From Chiloscyllium plagiosum (taxonomy: Eukaryota), in assembly GCF_004010195.1 (NCBI RefSeq), contig NC_057728.1:52592401-52620734 (forward strand): a stretch of DNA of 28,334 nucleotides, in the 5' to 3' direction. Shown one piece after another: positions 11,647-22,446 of this stretch; position 1 is the stretch's first letter, and each line of letters begins with the position of its first letter. The notes under the pieces are model-generated. The model was not told the DNA's origin and ran no database searches. It saw nothing but the letters and a program-made list of their open reading frames with translations. The position numbers and the translations under genes are program-made.

Positions 11647-11681
11647 CACTAGCTTTCGGAGCTCTGCTCCTTCATCAGGTG
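11647..11681 (-). ncRNA. Intact minimal hammerhead ribozyme motif
   Basis: Minus strand: CAC-CTGATGA-A-GGAGC-AGA-GCTCC-GAAA-GCTA-GTG (stem I CAC/GTG, 5-bp stem II, palindromic AGCT in place of stem III). Confidence 0.8.
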
Positions 11682-11749
11682 GTTGTGGAATATAAGATTG
11701 TAAGACACAGATTGTAAGACCTGTGTCTTACAATCTTATACTCCACAAC

Positions 11750-11783
11750 CACCTGATGAAAGAGCAGCGCTCAAAAGCTAGTG
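11750..11783 (+). ncRNA. Degenerate hammerhead copy on the opposite arm
   Basis: cacctgatgaaagagcagcgctcaaaagctagtg; GAAA changed to AAAA. Confidence 0.55.
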
Positions 11784-12184
11784 CTTCCAAATGAACCTGT
11801 TGGACTATAACCTGGTGTTGTGTAATTTTTAAACTTTGTACACACCAGTCCAACACCAGCATCTCCAAATCTTATATTTCTGTAGACCACCTTTAGAATG
11901 CAGCCCTTTGGTGGTCAAACCTTTGAATTTTGAATTGTCTATGTGGTGGATTGCTGATTGTCAGGATCATTTCACTCAGGTTGTTGTATCAGCAACCAGC
12001 TATGATGCTTTCTCCACAGGTATTCTGAATTAGGAGTAGAACATGCTTTTAATGGGGAAAATGTACATGTTTTTTTTCACTGACAAGTAGATCGAAAAAA
12101 AAGGCTGATCTTTTGAGGAAATATTCCAATTTGTGACAGGGTTTTGAGGGTTTACTTCAGACATTTTGCAGAGGTTATGACTTT

Positions 12185-12537
12185 CATGGAATCCCTACAG
12201 TGTGGAAAGAGGCCATTTAGCCCAGCAAGTCCACCCTGACCCTCTGAACATTATCCCACCCAAACCCAAATCCCCTACCCTATTACTCGACATTTACCTC
12301 TGACAAATGCACTAACCTACACATCCCTGAACATTATGGACAATTTAGCGTTGCCAATTCATCAGTAAGTGCACATCTTTGGACTGTGGGAGGAAACTGG
12401 AGCACCCGGAGGATGCCCACGCAGACACGGGGAGAATGTGCAAACTCCACACAGATAGTCACTCGAGGCTGGAATCAAACCCGGGTCCCTGGTGCTGTGA
12501 GACAGTAGTGCTAACCACTGAGCAACTGTGCAGCCCC
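12185..12537 (-). mobile_element. HE1/V-SINE-type SINE
   Basis: ggaggaaactggagcacccggagga...gcagacacggggagaatgtgcaaactccacacag...gtgctaaccactgagc. Confidence 0.9.
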
Positions 12538-12799
12538 ATGTGACATGTTTTTGTCTGATTCATTGATGCAAAACCAGAATCACTGGCTGAACTAGTATTT
12601 ATTGTCCATCACTGGCTGCAGTTGAGAAGATTATTGTGAGTTGCCAACTTGGAATGCTGCAGTCCTTGGGTTATAGGGATACCTACAATCCTGTTAGGGG
12701 GTTCCAGGATCTTAACTCAGCAACAATGAGGGAATGCCAGTATAGCTCCAACAACATAGGAACTGTAGTTTTCAAGGAGATATTTTCTTATCAACCTGC

Positions 12800-12886
12800 T
12801 CGGAGATGTTATTATATATCCCAGGAGCAGGTGGGACTTGAACCAAGGTCTCCTGGTTCAGATGTAGGGACACTGCCACTGTGCTG
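12800..12886 (-). mobile_element. Short tRNA-like SINE head
   Basis: ggagcaggtgggacttgaacc...agggacactgccactgtgc; reverse-complement homolog at ~14352-14430. Confidence 0.55.
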
Positions 12887-13340
12887 TAAAAAAAAAGGGA
12901 CTGTGCTATAGTTTCAAGTCAGGATGGCGCATGATTTGGAAGGGACCTTGCCAGTGGCAATGGCTTGTCCTTGTCCTTTTCGATGCTCGTCGTCACTGGT
13001 CAGAAGAAGCTGTTAAAGGCTTAGACCAGTACACTTGGGCTATTTCAATGAGTGAATCCAGTTTTCAGCAAGTCTTATTGGAAGAAGAGATAAAAGACTG
13101 ATTGTGGGCTTCTTTGGTAATTATGAGCCTATTGATTTTCATTGGAGAATAGGTCCCTGCACTGGGATTTGTGAAGTTTCAGTTATTAGTAAAAGGTTTG
13201 AAGAAACATTGTTGGTGATAACCGAAACATTTCCTTTGGTTTATCTTATCCATAGCACAATTACATAAATTTGATGGAAATACAACACAATATAATCATA
13301 CAAGCACACAAACAAAGGGCAGGCTAATCAGCCACTTGTA

Positions 13341-13551
13341 GGAGAAAGTGAGGACTGCAGATGTTGGAGATCAGAGTCAAGATTAGAGTGACGCTAGAAA
13401 AGCACAGCAGGTCAGGCAGCATCCAAGAAGCAGGAGAATCAATGTATCGGGCATAAGTCATTCATCAGGAATGCTCAAAATGTCAATTCTCCTACTTCTC
13501 GGATGCTGCCTGACCTGCTGTGCTTTTCCAGCACCCACACTCTCAACTCTG
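13341..13551 (-). mobile_element. Non-autonomous fold-back PLE with perfect 14-bp TSD
   Basis: atcagccacttgta at 13327-13340 and 13552-13565; inverted arms; degenerate hammerhead on the minus strand at ~13441-13469. Confidence 0.88.
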
Positions 13552-13565
13552 ATCAGCCACTTGTA

Positions 13566-13895
13566 TCTGCTCTGCTGTTCAATAAGATCACGAATGATCA
13601 GATTTCAACTTCAGCTTTATTTCCGATTATCTCCTAATTATCAACAATCTATCTACCTCTGTTTTAAAAATATTCAAAGATCCTGTATCTTTTGAAGCAG
13701 AGAAATCCAAAAACTCAACACTCTGAGAGAATTTTTTTCATCTCTATCTTAAATGAGAAACCCCTTGTTTGTAAACTATGACACTTAGTTTTAGATTCTT
13801 CCACAAGAGGAAACTTCCTTTCCAGATCTATCCAAGCAAACCTCCTCAGGATCTTATATGTTTCAATTAAGTCACCTTTGTCTTTTCTACAATCA
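13566..13895 (-). mobile_element. Old CR1-like fragment hosting the PLE hairpin
   Basis: ctctgagaga...atcttaaatgagaaacccc...cctcaggatcttatatgtttcaat resembles the reverse complement of a CR1 ORF2 end. Confidence 0.55.
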
Positions 13896-13924
13896 GGTTA
13901 AAAATAACTCACAGGGTTTTAGAA

Positions 13925-14252
13925 TTTGAATCCTTACCGTGTGGAAACACTGGCCCAACAAGTCCACACCAACACTCCGAAGAGTATCCCTCCCAGATTC
14001 ATTACCCAACGTTTTACCCTGACTAGTGCACCTCACCTACACATCCCTGAACACTATGGGCAATTTAGCATGGCCAAGTCACCTAACCTGCACATCTTTG
14101 GATTATGGGAGGATACCAGAGCACTGGAAGGAAACTCAAACACAGGAAGAACATGCAAACTCCACACAGACAGTCACCTGAGGCTGGAATCGAGCCCAGG
14201 TCTCTGGTGCTGTGGGGCAGCAGTGCTAACCACTGAGCCACTGTGCCACCCC
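13925..14252 (-). mobile_element. HE1/V-SINE-type SINE
   Basis: gggcaatttagcatggcc, catgcaaactccacacagacag, gcagtgctaaccactgagccactgtgccaccc. Confidence 0.9.
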
Positions 14253-15789
14253 AAGCTTTTTGTATGTTCATTGATCAGTGAATACATTCCTCAAGAAGGC
14301 AGTTCCTTTTTGAACAAAAGAAGGCAAATGTGTTATAGAATCTTCCCTGAGGGGCTCTTGTAGTACAGTCCCTATCGCTGAACCAAGAGGCCCAGGTTCA
14401 AATCCCATCTGCTCCAGAGGTGTGTAATGTTGTAGAGTCATAGAGATGTACAACACGGAAACAGACCCTTCGGTCTAACTCATCCATGCTGACCAGATAT
14501 CCTAACCTAATCTAGTCCCATTTGCCAGCATTTGGCCCATATCCCTCTAAACCTTTCCTATTCATGTAACCATCCAGATGCCTTTTAAAGTGTTGGAAAA
14601 AGTTATAAGAGATAGGATTTATAATCATCTAGAGAGGAATAAGTTGATTAGGGATAGTCAACATGGTTTTGTGAAGGGTAGATTGTGCCTCACAAACTTT
14701 ATTGACTTCTTTGAGATGGTGACCAAACAGATGGATGAGGGTAAAGTGGTTGATGTGGTGTATATTGATTTCAGTAAGGCGTTTGATAAGGTTCCCCACA
14801 GTAGGCTATTGCACAACATATGGAGGCATGGGATTGTGGGTGACTTAGCGGTTTGGATCAGAAGTCGGCTAGCTGAAAGAAGACAGAGGCTGGTGGTTGA
14901 TGGGAAATGTTCATCCTGGAGTTCAGTTACTAGTGGTGCACCACAAGGATCTGTTTTAGGGGCCACTGCTATTTGTTATTTTTATAAATGACCTAGATGA
15001 GGGCATAGAAGGATGGGTTAGTAAATTTGCAGATGACACTAAGGTCGGTGAAGTTGTGGATAGTGCCGAAGGATGTTGCAGGTTACAGAGGGCCATAGAT
15101 GAGCTGCAGAGATGGGCTGAGAGGTGGCAAATGGAGTTTAAGGTGGAAAAGTGTGAGGTGATTCATTTTGGAAGGAGTAACAGGAATAAAGAGTACTGGG
15201 CTAATGGTAAGATTCTTGGTAGTGTAGATGAGCAGAGAGATCTTGGTGTCCATGTACATAGATCCTTGAAAGTTGCCACCCAAGTTCATAGGGTTGTTAA
15301 GAACCCTATCAACACATATGGTGTGTTAGCTTTTATTGTAGAGGAATTGGGTTTCGGAGCCTCGAGGCCATGCTGCAGCTGTACAAAACTCTGGTGCGGC
15401 CGCACCTGGAGTATTGCGTACAGTTCTGGTCACCGCATTATAGGAAGGACGTGGAAGCTTTGGAAAGGGTTCAGAGGAGATTTACTAGGATGTTGCCTGG
15501 AATAGAGCGAAGGCCTTACGATGAAAGGCTAAGGGAACTGAGGCTGTTTTCGTTAGAGAGAAGAAAGTTGAGAGGTAACTTAATTGAGACATACAAGATA
15601 ATCAAGGCTGAGATAGGGTGGACAGAGAGAGCCTTTTTCCTATGATAGCAATGGTTAGCATGAAGGGACATAGCTTTAAATCGAGGGGTGATAGATATAG
15701 GACAGATGTCAGAGGTACTTTCTTTACTCAGAGAGTAGTGGTGGTGTGAAATGCACTGCCTGCAACAGTAGTAGACTTACCAACTTTAA

Positions 15790-16996
15790 GCCATGGGCCC
15801 CAGCTATGCCTGCCTCTTTGTCGGATATGTGGAACAGTCCATCTTCCGCAGCTACACTGGCACCACGCCCCACCTTTTCCTCCGCTACAATCGATAATTG
15901 TATTGGCACTACCTCGTGCTCCCACGAAGAGGTTGAACAGTTCATCCACTTTACTAACACCTTCCACCCTGACCTCAAATTTACCTGGACCATCTCAGAT
16001 TCCTCCCTCCCCTTCCTAGACCTCTCCATTTCTATCTCAGGCAACCGACTCACCACAGACATTTACTACAAACCGACCGACTCCCACAGCTACCTAGACT
16101 ACACCTCCTCCCACCCTGCCCCCTGTAAAAATGCCATCCCATATTCCCAATTCCTTTGCCTCCGCCGCATCTGCTCCCAGGAGGACCAGTTCCAATACCG
16201 AACAACCCAGATGGCCTCCTTCTTCAAAGATCGCAATTTCTCCTCCGACGTGGTCAATGATGCCCTCCAGCAAATCTCTTCCACTTCCTGCACCTCCACC
16301 CTTGAACCCCACTCCTCTCAATGCAACAAGGACAGAACCACCTGGTCCTCATTTTCCACCCCACCAACCTTTGTACACATAGCATTATCTTCCACCACTT
16401 CTGTCACCTACAAATAGACCCCACCGCCAGGGATATATTTCCCTGCCCACCCCTATTAGCATTCTGTAGAGACCATTCCTTCTGCGACTCTCTTGTCAGA
16501 TCCATTCCCCCCACCAGCCTACACCACGCTCCTGGCACCTACCCCTGCCACCGCAGGAAATGCAAAACCTGCACTCACACCTCCCCTCTCACCTTCATCC
16601 AAGGGCCCAAAGGATCCTTCCACCTCTGACAGAAATTTACCTGAACATCCACCACGAGATGAATGTAGACTTCTCCAGCTTCCTCATTTCCCCTCCCCCA
16701 CCTTATCTCAGTCCCAACCCTCGGATTCAGCACCGCCCTCTTGACCTGCAATCTTTTTCCCGACCTCTCCCTTCCCACCCCTTCTCCGGCCTATCACCCT
16801 CACCCTCACCTCCTTCCACCTATCATATTCCCAGCGTCCCTCCCCAAATATTCCCCCCACTACACCTTTTAACTCAGCCCGCTTAGCACACCAGCCTCAT
16901 TCCTGAAGAAGGGTTTATGCCCGAAATGTTCATTCTCCTGCTCCTCGGATGCTGCCTGGCCTGCTGCGCTTTTCCAGCACCACAGTTTTCAACTCA
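15790..16996 (+). mobile_element. Penelope-like element, 5'-truncated, internally deleted, 12-bp TSD
   Basis: MGPSYACLFVG; FHPDLKFT..LPFLDL..DIYYKPTDSHSYLDYTSSHP; CHRRKCKTC; taccaactttaa at 15778-15789 and 16997-17008. Confidence 0.92.
16899..16935 (+). ncRNA. Hammerhead ribozyme motif in the PLE 3' repeat (partly decayed)
   Basis: CTGAAGA-A-GGGT-TTAT-GCCC-GAAA-TGTT. Confidence 0.55.
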
Positions 16997-17484
16997 TACC
17001 AACTTTAAAGGCATTTGAATGGTCATTGAATAAACATATGGATGAAAATGGAATTTTGTAGGATAGATAGGCTTCAGATTGGTTCCACAGCTCGGCACAA
17101 CATTGAGAGCCGAAGGGCCTGTACTGCGCTGTAATGTTCTATGTTCTAAATGCAATTGTACCAGCCTCTACCATTTCCTCTGGCAACTCATTCCATACAC
17201 AAACCAGCCTCTATGTGAAAAAGTTGCCCTGATGTCCCTTTTTAAATCTTCCCCTCCCACCTTAAACCTATGCCCTCTAGCTTTGGACGTCTCTCCCCTG
17301 GGGACAGGACCTTGACTATATACCCTTCCCATGCCCCTCATGATTTTATAAACAAGCAAGTTATCTCTGAACAGGTTAATTAGAAATTATTTAGACTCTT
17401 TCCTGGTCATGCAAGGTTTCAAAACCTTTAGAACCAATTTGAAATATCTCTGTCCCAGCACAAGAAATGTGACATGTAATTAAG

Positions 17485-17613
17485 ACGTGTCTGCACAGCA
17501 AGCTCCCACAAACAGCTGTGTAATAACATTCAGATAATGTGTTTGGTTGAGGAATAAATATTTACCTAGATATTAGGAGAACTCCACTGCTGGACCATGA
17601 CAGCATGGGATCT
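17485..17613 (-). mobile_element. DeuSINE core (Deu-domain) relic
   Basis: Minus strand: aagatcccatg...aatatttattcctcaacc...gctgtttgtgggagcttgctgtgc. Confidence 0.6.
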
Positions 17614-19280
17614 TATAGAGTCATAGAGATGTACAGCATGGAAACAGACCCTTCGCTCCAACCCGTCCATGCCGACCAGATTCCCAATGCAATCTAGTCC
17701 CAAATACCAGCACCCGGCCCATATCCCTCCAAACCCTGCCTATTCATATACCCATCCAAATGCCTCTTAAATGTTGCAATTGTACCAGCCTCCACCACTT
17801 CGTCTGGTAGTTCATTCCATACACATACCACTCTCTGTGTGAAAATGTTGCCCCTTAGGTCTCTTTTCTATCTTTCCCCTCTCACCCTAAACCTATGCCC
17901 TCTAGTTCTGGACTCTCCCACCTCAGGGAAAAGACTTTGCCTATTTACCCTATGCATGCCCCTCGTAATTTTGTAAACCTCTATAAGGTCATCCCTCAAC
18001 CTCCAACGCTCCAGGGAAAACAGTCCCAGCCTGTTCAGCCTCTCCCTATAGCTCAAACACTCCAACCCTGGCAACATCCTTATAAATCTTTTCTGAACCC
18101 TTTCAAGTTTCACAACATCTTTCCGATAGGAAGGAGACCAGAACTGCATGTAATATTCCAACAGTGGTCTAACCAATATCCTGTACAGACGCAACATGAC
18201 CTTCCAACTCCTGTACTCAATACTCTGACTGATAAAGGAAAGCATACCAAACACCTTCTTTACTATCCTATCTACCTGTGACTCCACTTTCAAGGAGCTA
18301 TGAACCTGCACTCCAAGGTCTTTTTGTTCAGCAACACTTCCTAGGATCTTACCATTAAGTGTATAAGCCCTGCTAAGATTTGCTTTCCCAAAATGCAGCA
18401 CCTTGCATTTATCTGAATTAAACTCCATCTGCCACTTTTCAGCCCATTGGCCCATCTGGTCAAGATCCTGTTGTAATCTGAGGTAACCCTCTTCGCTGTC
18501 CACTACACCTCCAATTTTGGTGTCATCCGCAAACTTACAAACTGTACCTCCTATGCTCACATCCAAATCATTTATATAAATGATGAAAAGTAGTGGACCC
18601 AGCACTGGTCACAGGTCTCCAGTCTGAAAAACAACCCTGCACCACCACCCTTCTACCTTTGAGCCAGTTCTGTATCCAAATGGCTAGTTCTCCCTGTATT
18701 CCGTGAGATCTAACCTTGTTAACCATGAGGAACCTTGTTGAACTCCTTACTGACGTCCATAAAGATCACATCTACTGCTCTGCCCTCATCAATCCTCTTT
18801 ATTACTTCTTCAAAAAATTCAATCAAGTTTGAGAGACATGATTTCCCATGTTGACTATCACTAATCAGTCCTTGCCTTTCCAAATACATGTACATCTTGT
18901 CCCTCAGGATTCCCTCCAACAACTTGCCTACCACCGACGTCAGGCTCACTGGTCTATAGTTCCCTGGCTTGTCCTTATCACCCTTCTTAAACAGTGGTAC
19001 CATGTTGCCAACCTCCAGTCTTCCAGCGCCTCACCTGTGACTATCGATGATACAAATATCTCAGCAAGAGGCCCAGCAATCACTTCTGTAGCTTCCCACA
19101 GAGTTCTCGGGTACACCTGATCAGGTCCTGGGGATTTATCCACCTTTAACCGTTTCAAGACATCCAGCACTTCCTCCTCTGTAATTGGGCATTTTTGAAG
19201 ATGTCATCATCTATTTCCCTACATTCTATGTCTTCCATGTCCTTTTCCACAGTAAATATTGATGCAAAATACTCGTTTAG
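17614..19280 (-). mobile_element. CR1 LINE subfamily A, 5'-truncated
   Basis: KSPGPDQVYPRTL, PGNYRPVSLTS, FADDTK, RPLLEY; tail at 17614-17628; nearly colinear with 7336-9050. Confidence 0.96.
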
Positions 19281-19403
19281 GGCTCTGCTATAAAGCTGGT
19301 GCTGGGTGGGTTTGGGCCCCAGTCATTCTGGGAGTAAGAGTAGGACAAGAGTCATTCTGGTTACTGTAAGCCCTGGATCAAACCTTTTTTTGTTACATTT
19401 CAG

Positions 19404-19430
19404 AGAAAGTTAAACAAGCACGGAAACAAG
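19404..19430 (+). other. Candidate 27-nt microexon
   Basis: cctttttttgttacatttcag|AGAAAGTTAAACAAGCACGGAAACAAG|gtgagt; length is a multiple of 3 and it is open in two phases. Confidence 0.4.
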
Positions 19431-19950
19431 GTGAGTTCTGAGAACACATGGGTGACAGACTGTGACTTTTTGGATTATAATATTTCATTCCGTCTTGGAA
19501 CGTCAGAACACAATTGAAAATAAAGGTACAGACACTAAAATTAACCAACAAAGTTTATAAACAACTGTTGAAGGCTATATCTCATAAACCAACCCATCAA
19601 ACCAACGCATTATAATGCTCTCCTGTTACTATGTGTGGAGTGGACAGGCTAATTCAGCCAATCCTTCAATATGAGCTGTACACATTCACTGATCTCAGAA
19701 CCCGGGTCTCTAAGAAACTGCTGTTTTAGGAGTTTCCGGAGCTGATTAGAGCAAATCCTAGAGCTGGGATTCAGTGAATTTCCCTGTTGTGGGGAAAATC
19801 ACCAGTGTCAGTGTCAGAATCGGTGTTCAATGACAGAGTTTATTGCATAGGAAATACCGGAGCTCCAGGGAGAGAAAGACACCAACAGCACAGAGTTCAA
19901 CTGCAAGTCTTCTCTACATTACATTGAGAGAGCAGATGGGTTTTTTTTCT

Positions 19951-20256
19951 GGGCGGCACGGTGGCACAGTGGTTAGCACTGCTGCCTCACAGCGCCTGAG
20001 ACCCGGGTTCAATTCCCGACTCAGGCGACTGACTGTGTGGAGTTTGCACGTTCTCCCCGTGTCTGCGTGGGTTTCCTCCGGGGGCTCCGGTTTCCTCCCA
20101 CTGTCCAAAGATGTGCAGGTCAGGTGAATTGGCCATGCTAAATTGCCCGTAGTGTTAGGTAAGGGGTAAATGTAGGGGTATGGGTGGGTTGCGCTTTGGC
20201 GGGTCGGTGTGGACTTGTTGGGCCGAAGGGCTTGTTTCCACACTGTAAGTAATCTA
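19951..20256 (+). mobile_element. Full-length, CpG-rich (young) HE1/V-SINE-type SINE
   Basis: A box tggcacagtgg, B box ggttcaattcc, conserved core, CR1-like tail gggccgaagggcttgtttccacactgta. Confidence 0.93.
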
Positions 20257-20571
20257 GAGTCAATGCTTGTTCCAAAACTGTCTACAACCCCTTAGAAAAC
20301 CCAGTGTTCAATACAATGGAGCAGTGATCTATTATATCAAGTTCTGGTACAGAATTTACCTCTCTGTGCCTCTTTACATGCAGCTTGCTTCAAAATCCTC
20401 ACACAGTATTCAGGAGACAGGAGATCCATCAGCGTCATCATTGATCTACGTGACATCATTTGGGTAATGACAATGGCGGCATAATGAGACTCATGCAGGT
20501 CACGGTGATCTAACTGATCAATGACACTAACATCAGTAAGAGACAAGACAAAGTCTAAAATGAGCATGTGA

Positions 20572-20593
20572 AGAGAGAGAGAGAGAGAGAGAA
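20572..20593. repeat. (GA)n microsatellite
   Basis: agagagagagagagagagaga. Confidence 0.9.
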
Positions 20594-20971
20594 ATAACTT
20601 AGCCACCACACTAGAAAGCTGTTTAAAAACCAAGGATGTAGAGAGGTGCTTAAAGCAGTGATACAGTAAGTAAAGAGTTCAAGAACCTTCTATAGAGATA
20701 AGGAGCAAGTAATCTGCAGAAATGTATAGCCTAAGATAAACTAGACAGGTATCTTAATATGCAGGTAGCAGTAGCAGCATAAGAACAAGATAATGCAGAG
20801 GGATTTTTCAAACAAATATTACACCATCCACTATTCCTGTAGAGTGTTCAGATTTAGATGAACTGCATTTTTCTCTATTTAAAGTTTGCTCCTCACAGCC
20901 CTGCCACAACTCTGTTCCTTAGTCACCGACTCCTTCCCTTAATCTCTCTGTGGTCTGAGGGTCTACTAAAC

Positions 20972-22080
20972 TAGGTAAAAAGAGGGACTGCAGATTCTGG
21001 AAACCAGAGTCTAGATTAGAGTGGTGCTGGAAAAGCACAGCAGATCAGGCAGCATCCGAGGAGCAGGAAAATCGACGTTTCAGGCAAAACCCCTTTATCA
21101 GGAATAGAGGCAGGGTGCCTGCAGAGTAGAGAGATAAATGAGAGGGGGGTGGGAGTGGGAATGTAGCAGAGTACAATAGGTGAGGAAACTGTTGAAGTCC
21201 ACATTGTTGCCCTGGGGTTGAAGTGTTCCGAGGCGGAAGATGAGGCGTTCTTCCTCCAGGCGTCTGGTGGTGAGGGAGCGGCGGTGAAGGAGGCCCAGGA
21301 CCTCCATGTCCTCGGCAGAGTGGGAGGGGGAGTTGAAATGTTGGGCCACAGGGCAGTGTGGTTGATTGGTGCGGGTGTCCCGGAGATGTTCTCTAAAGTG
21401 CTGTGCTAGGAGGCGTCCAATTTCCCCAATGTAGAGGACACCACATCGGGAGCAATGGCTATAATAAATGATATTAGTGGATGTGCAGGTAAAACTTTGA
21501 TGGATGTGGAAGGCTCCTTTGGGGCCTTGGATGGAGGTGAGGGAGGAGGTGTGAGCGCAGGTTTTGCAATTCCGGTAGTGGCAGGGGAGGGTGCCAGGAT
21601 GGGAGGGTAGGTTGTTGGGGGACGTGGAACTGACCAGGTAGTCATGGAGGGAACAGTCTTTGCGGAAAGCGGAAATGGGTGGGGAGGGAAATATATTCCT
21701 GGTGGTGGGGTCCATTTGGAGGTGGCGGAAATGACGTGGTTTATGCGAAGGTTGGTAGGGTGGAAGGTGAGCACCAGGGGGGTTCAGTCCTTGTTACGGT
21801 TGGAGGGGTGGGGTTTGAGGGCGGAGGGATGGGGTGTGGACGAGATTCGTTGGAGGGCATCTTTAACCACGTGGAAAGGAAATTGCGGTTCCTAAAGAAG
21901 GAGGCCCTATGGTGTGTTCTGTGGTGGGACTGGTCCTCCTGGGAGCAGATTCGGCGGAGACAGAGGAATTGGGAATACGGGATGGCATTTTTGCAGGAGG
22001 TCGGGTGGGAAGAGGTGTAATCCAGGTCGCTGTGGGAGTCGGTGGGTTTGTAAAAAATGTCCGTGTCAAGTCGATCGTCA
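20972..22080 (-). mobile_element. Penelope-like element with RT thumb/linker and GIY-YIG endonuclease
   Basis: CHYRNCKTC, IIYYSHCSRCGVLYIGEIGRLLAQHFREH, LEEERLIFRLGTLQPQG; decayed hammerhead at 21074-21101 (-). Confidence 0.93.
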
Positions 22081-22446
22081 CAGAATTTTTATGGATGCAC
22101 AATAGAAAGCATCCTATCCGGATGCATTACAGTGTGGCATGACAACTCTCTGCCCAGAACAGAAACTACAGAGAGTGGTGAACACAGTCCACTCCATCAT
22201 GCAAATGATCTTTTCATCCATTAACTCCGTCTAAATTTCCCACTGCACTGGGAAAGTAACCAACATAATCAAGGACCCTTCCCACCCTGTTTATACTCTC
22301 GTCCACCTCTTCCATTGCCTAGAAGATACAGAAGTTTGAAAATAGATACCAACAGACTTAAGAACAGCTCCTTATCCGTTGTTATGCCATTTAGGAATGG
22401 ATCTCTCATATATCTTCTTCTCTGCACCTTCTCTGTAGCTGTAAAT

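Larger units (their letters stand above)
11593..11872 (+). mobile_element. Non-autonomous fold-back Penelope-like element (second family) with 12-bp TSD
   Basis: Arms 11589-11710 and 11721-11842 plus a ~30-nt tail; tatatttctgta at 11581-11592 and 11873-11884. Confidence 0.88.
14590..17148 (+). mobile_element. CR1 LINE subfamily B (RT region plus 3'UTR), interrupted by a PLE
   Basis: [42 protein letters not shown]; tail gtaatgttctatgttcta. Confidence 0.93.
14432..17355 (-). mobile_element. CR1-A 3' fragment split into 14432-14589 and 17149-17355 by a nested CR1-B
   Basis: tagagtcatagag tail...catccagatgccttttaaa, resuming as aatgcaattgtaccagcctc; colinear with 7336-7700. Confidence 0.85.

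Noticed and set aside
19850..19885. Collagen-like GNTGAPGRE stretch
   Set aside because: Only three Gly-X-Y triplets and no matching donor site
19951..20030. tRNA gene
   Set aside because: The A/B boxes belong to a SINE head that continues into the SINE core and tail
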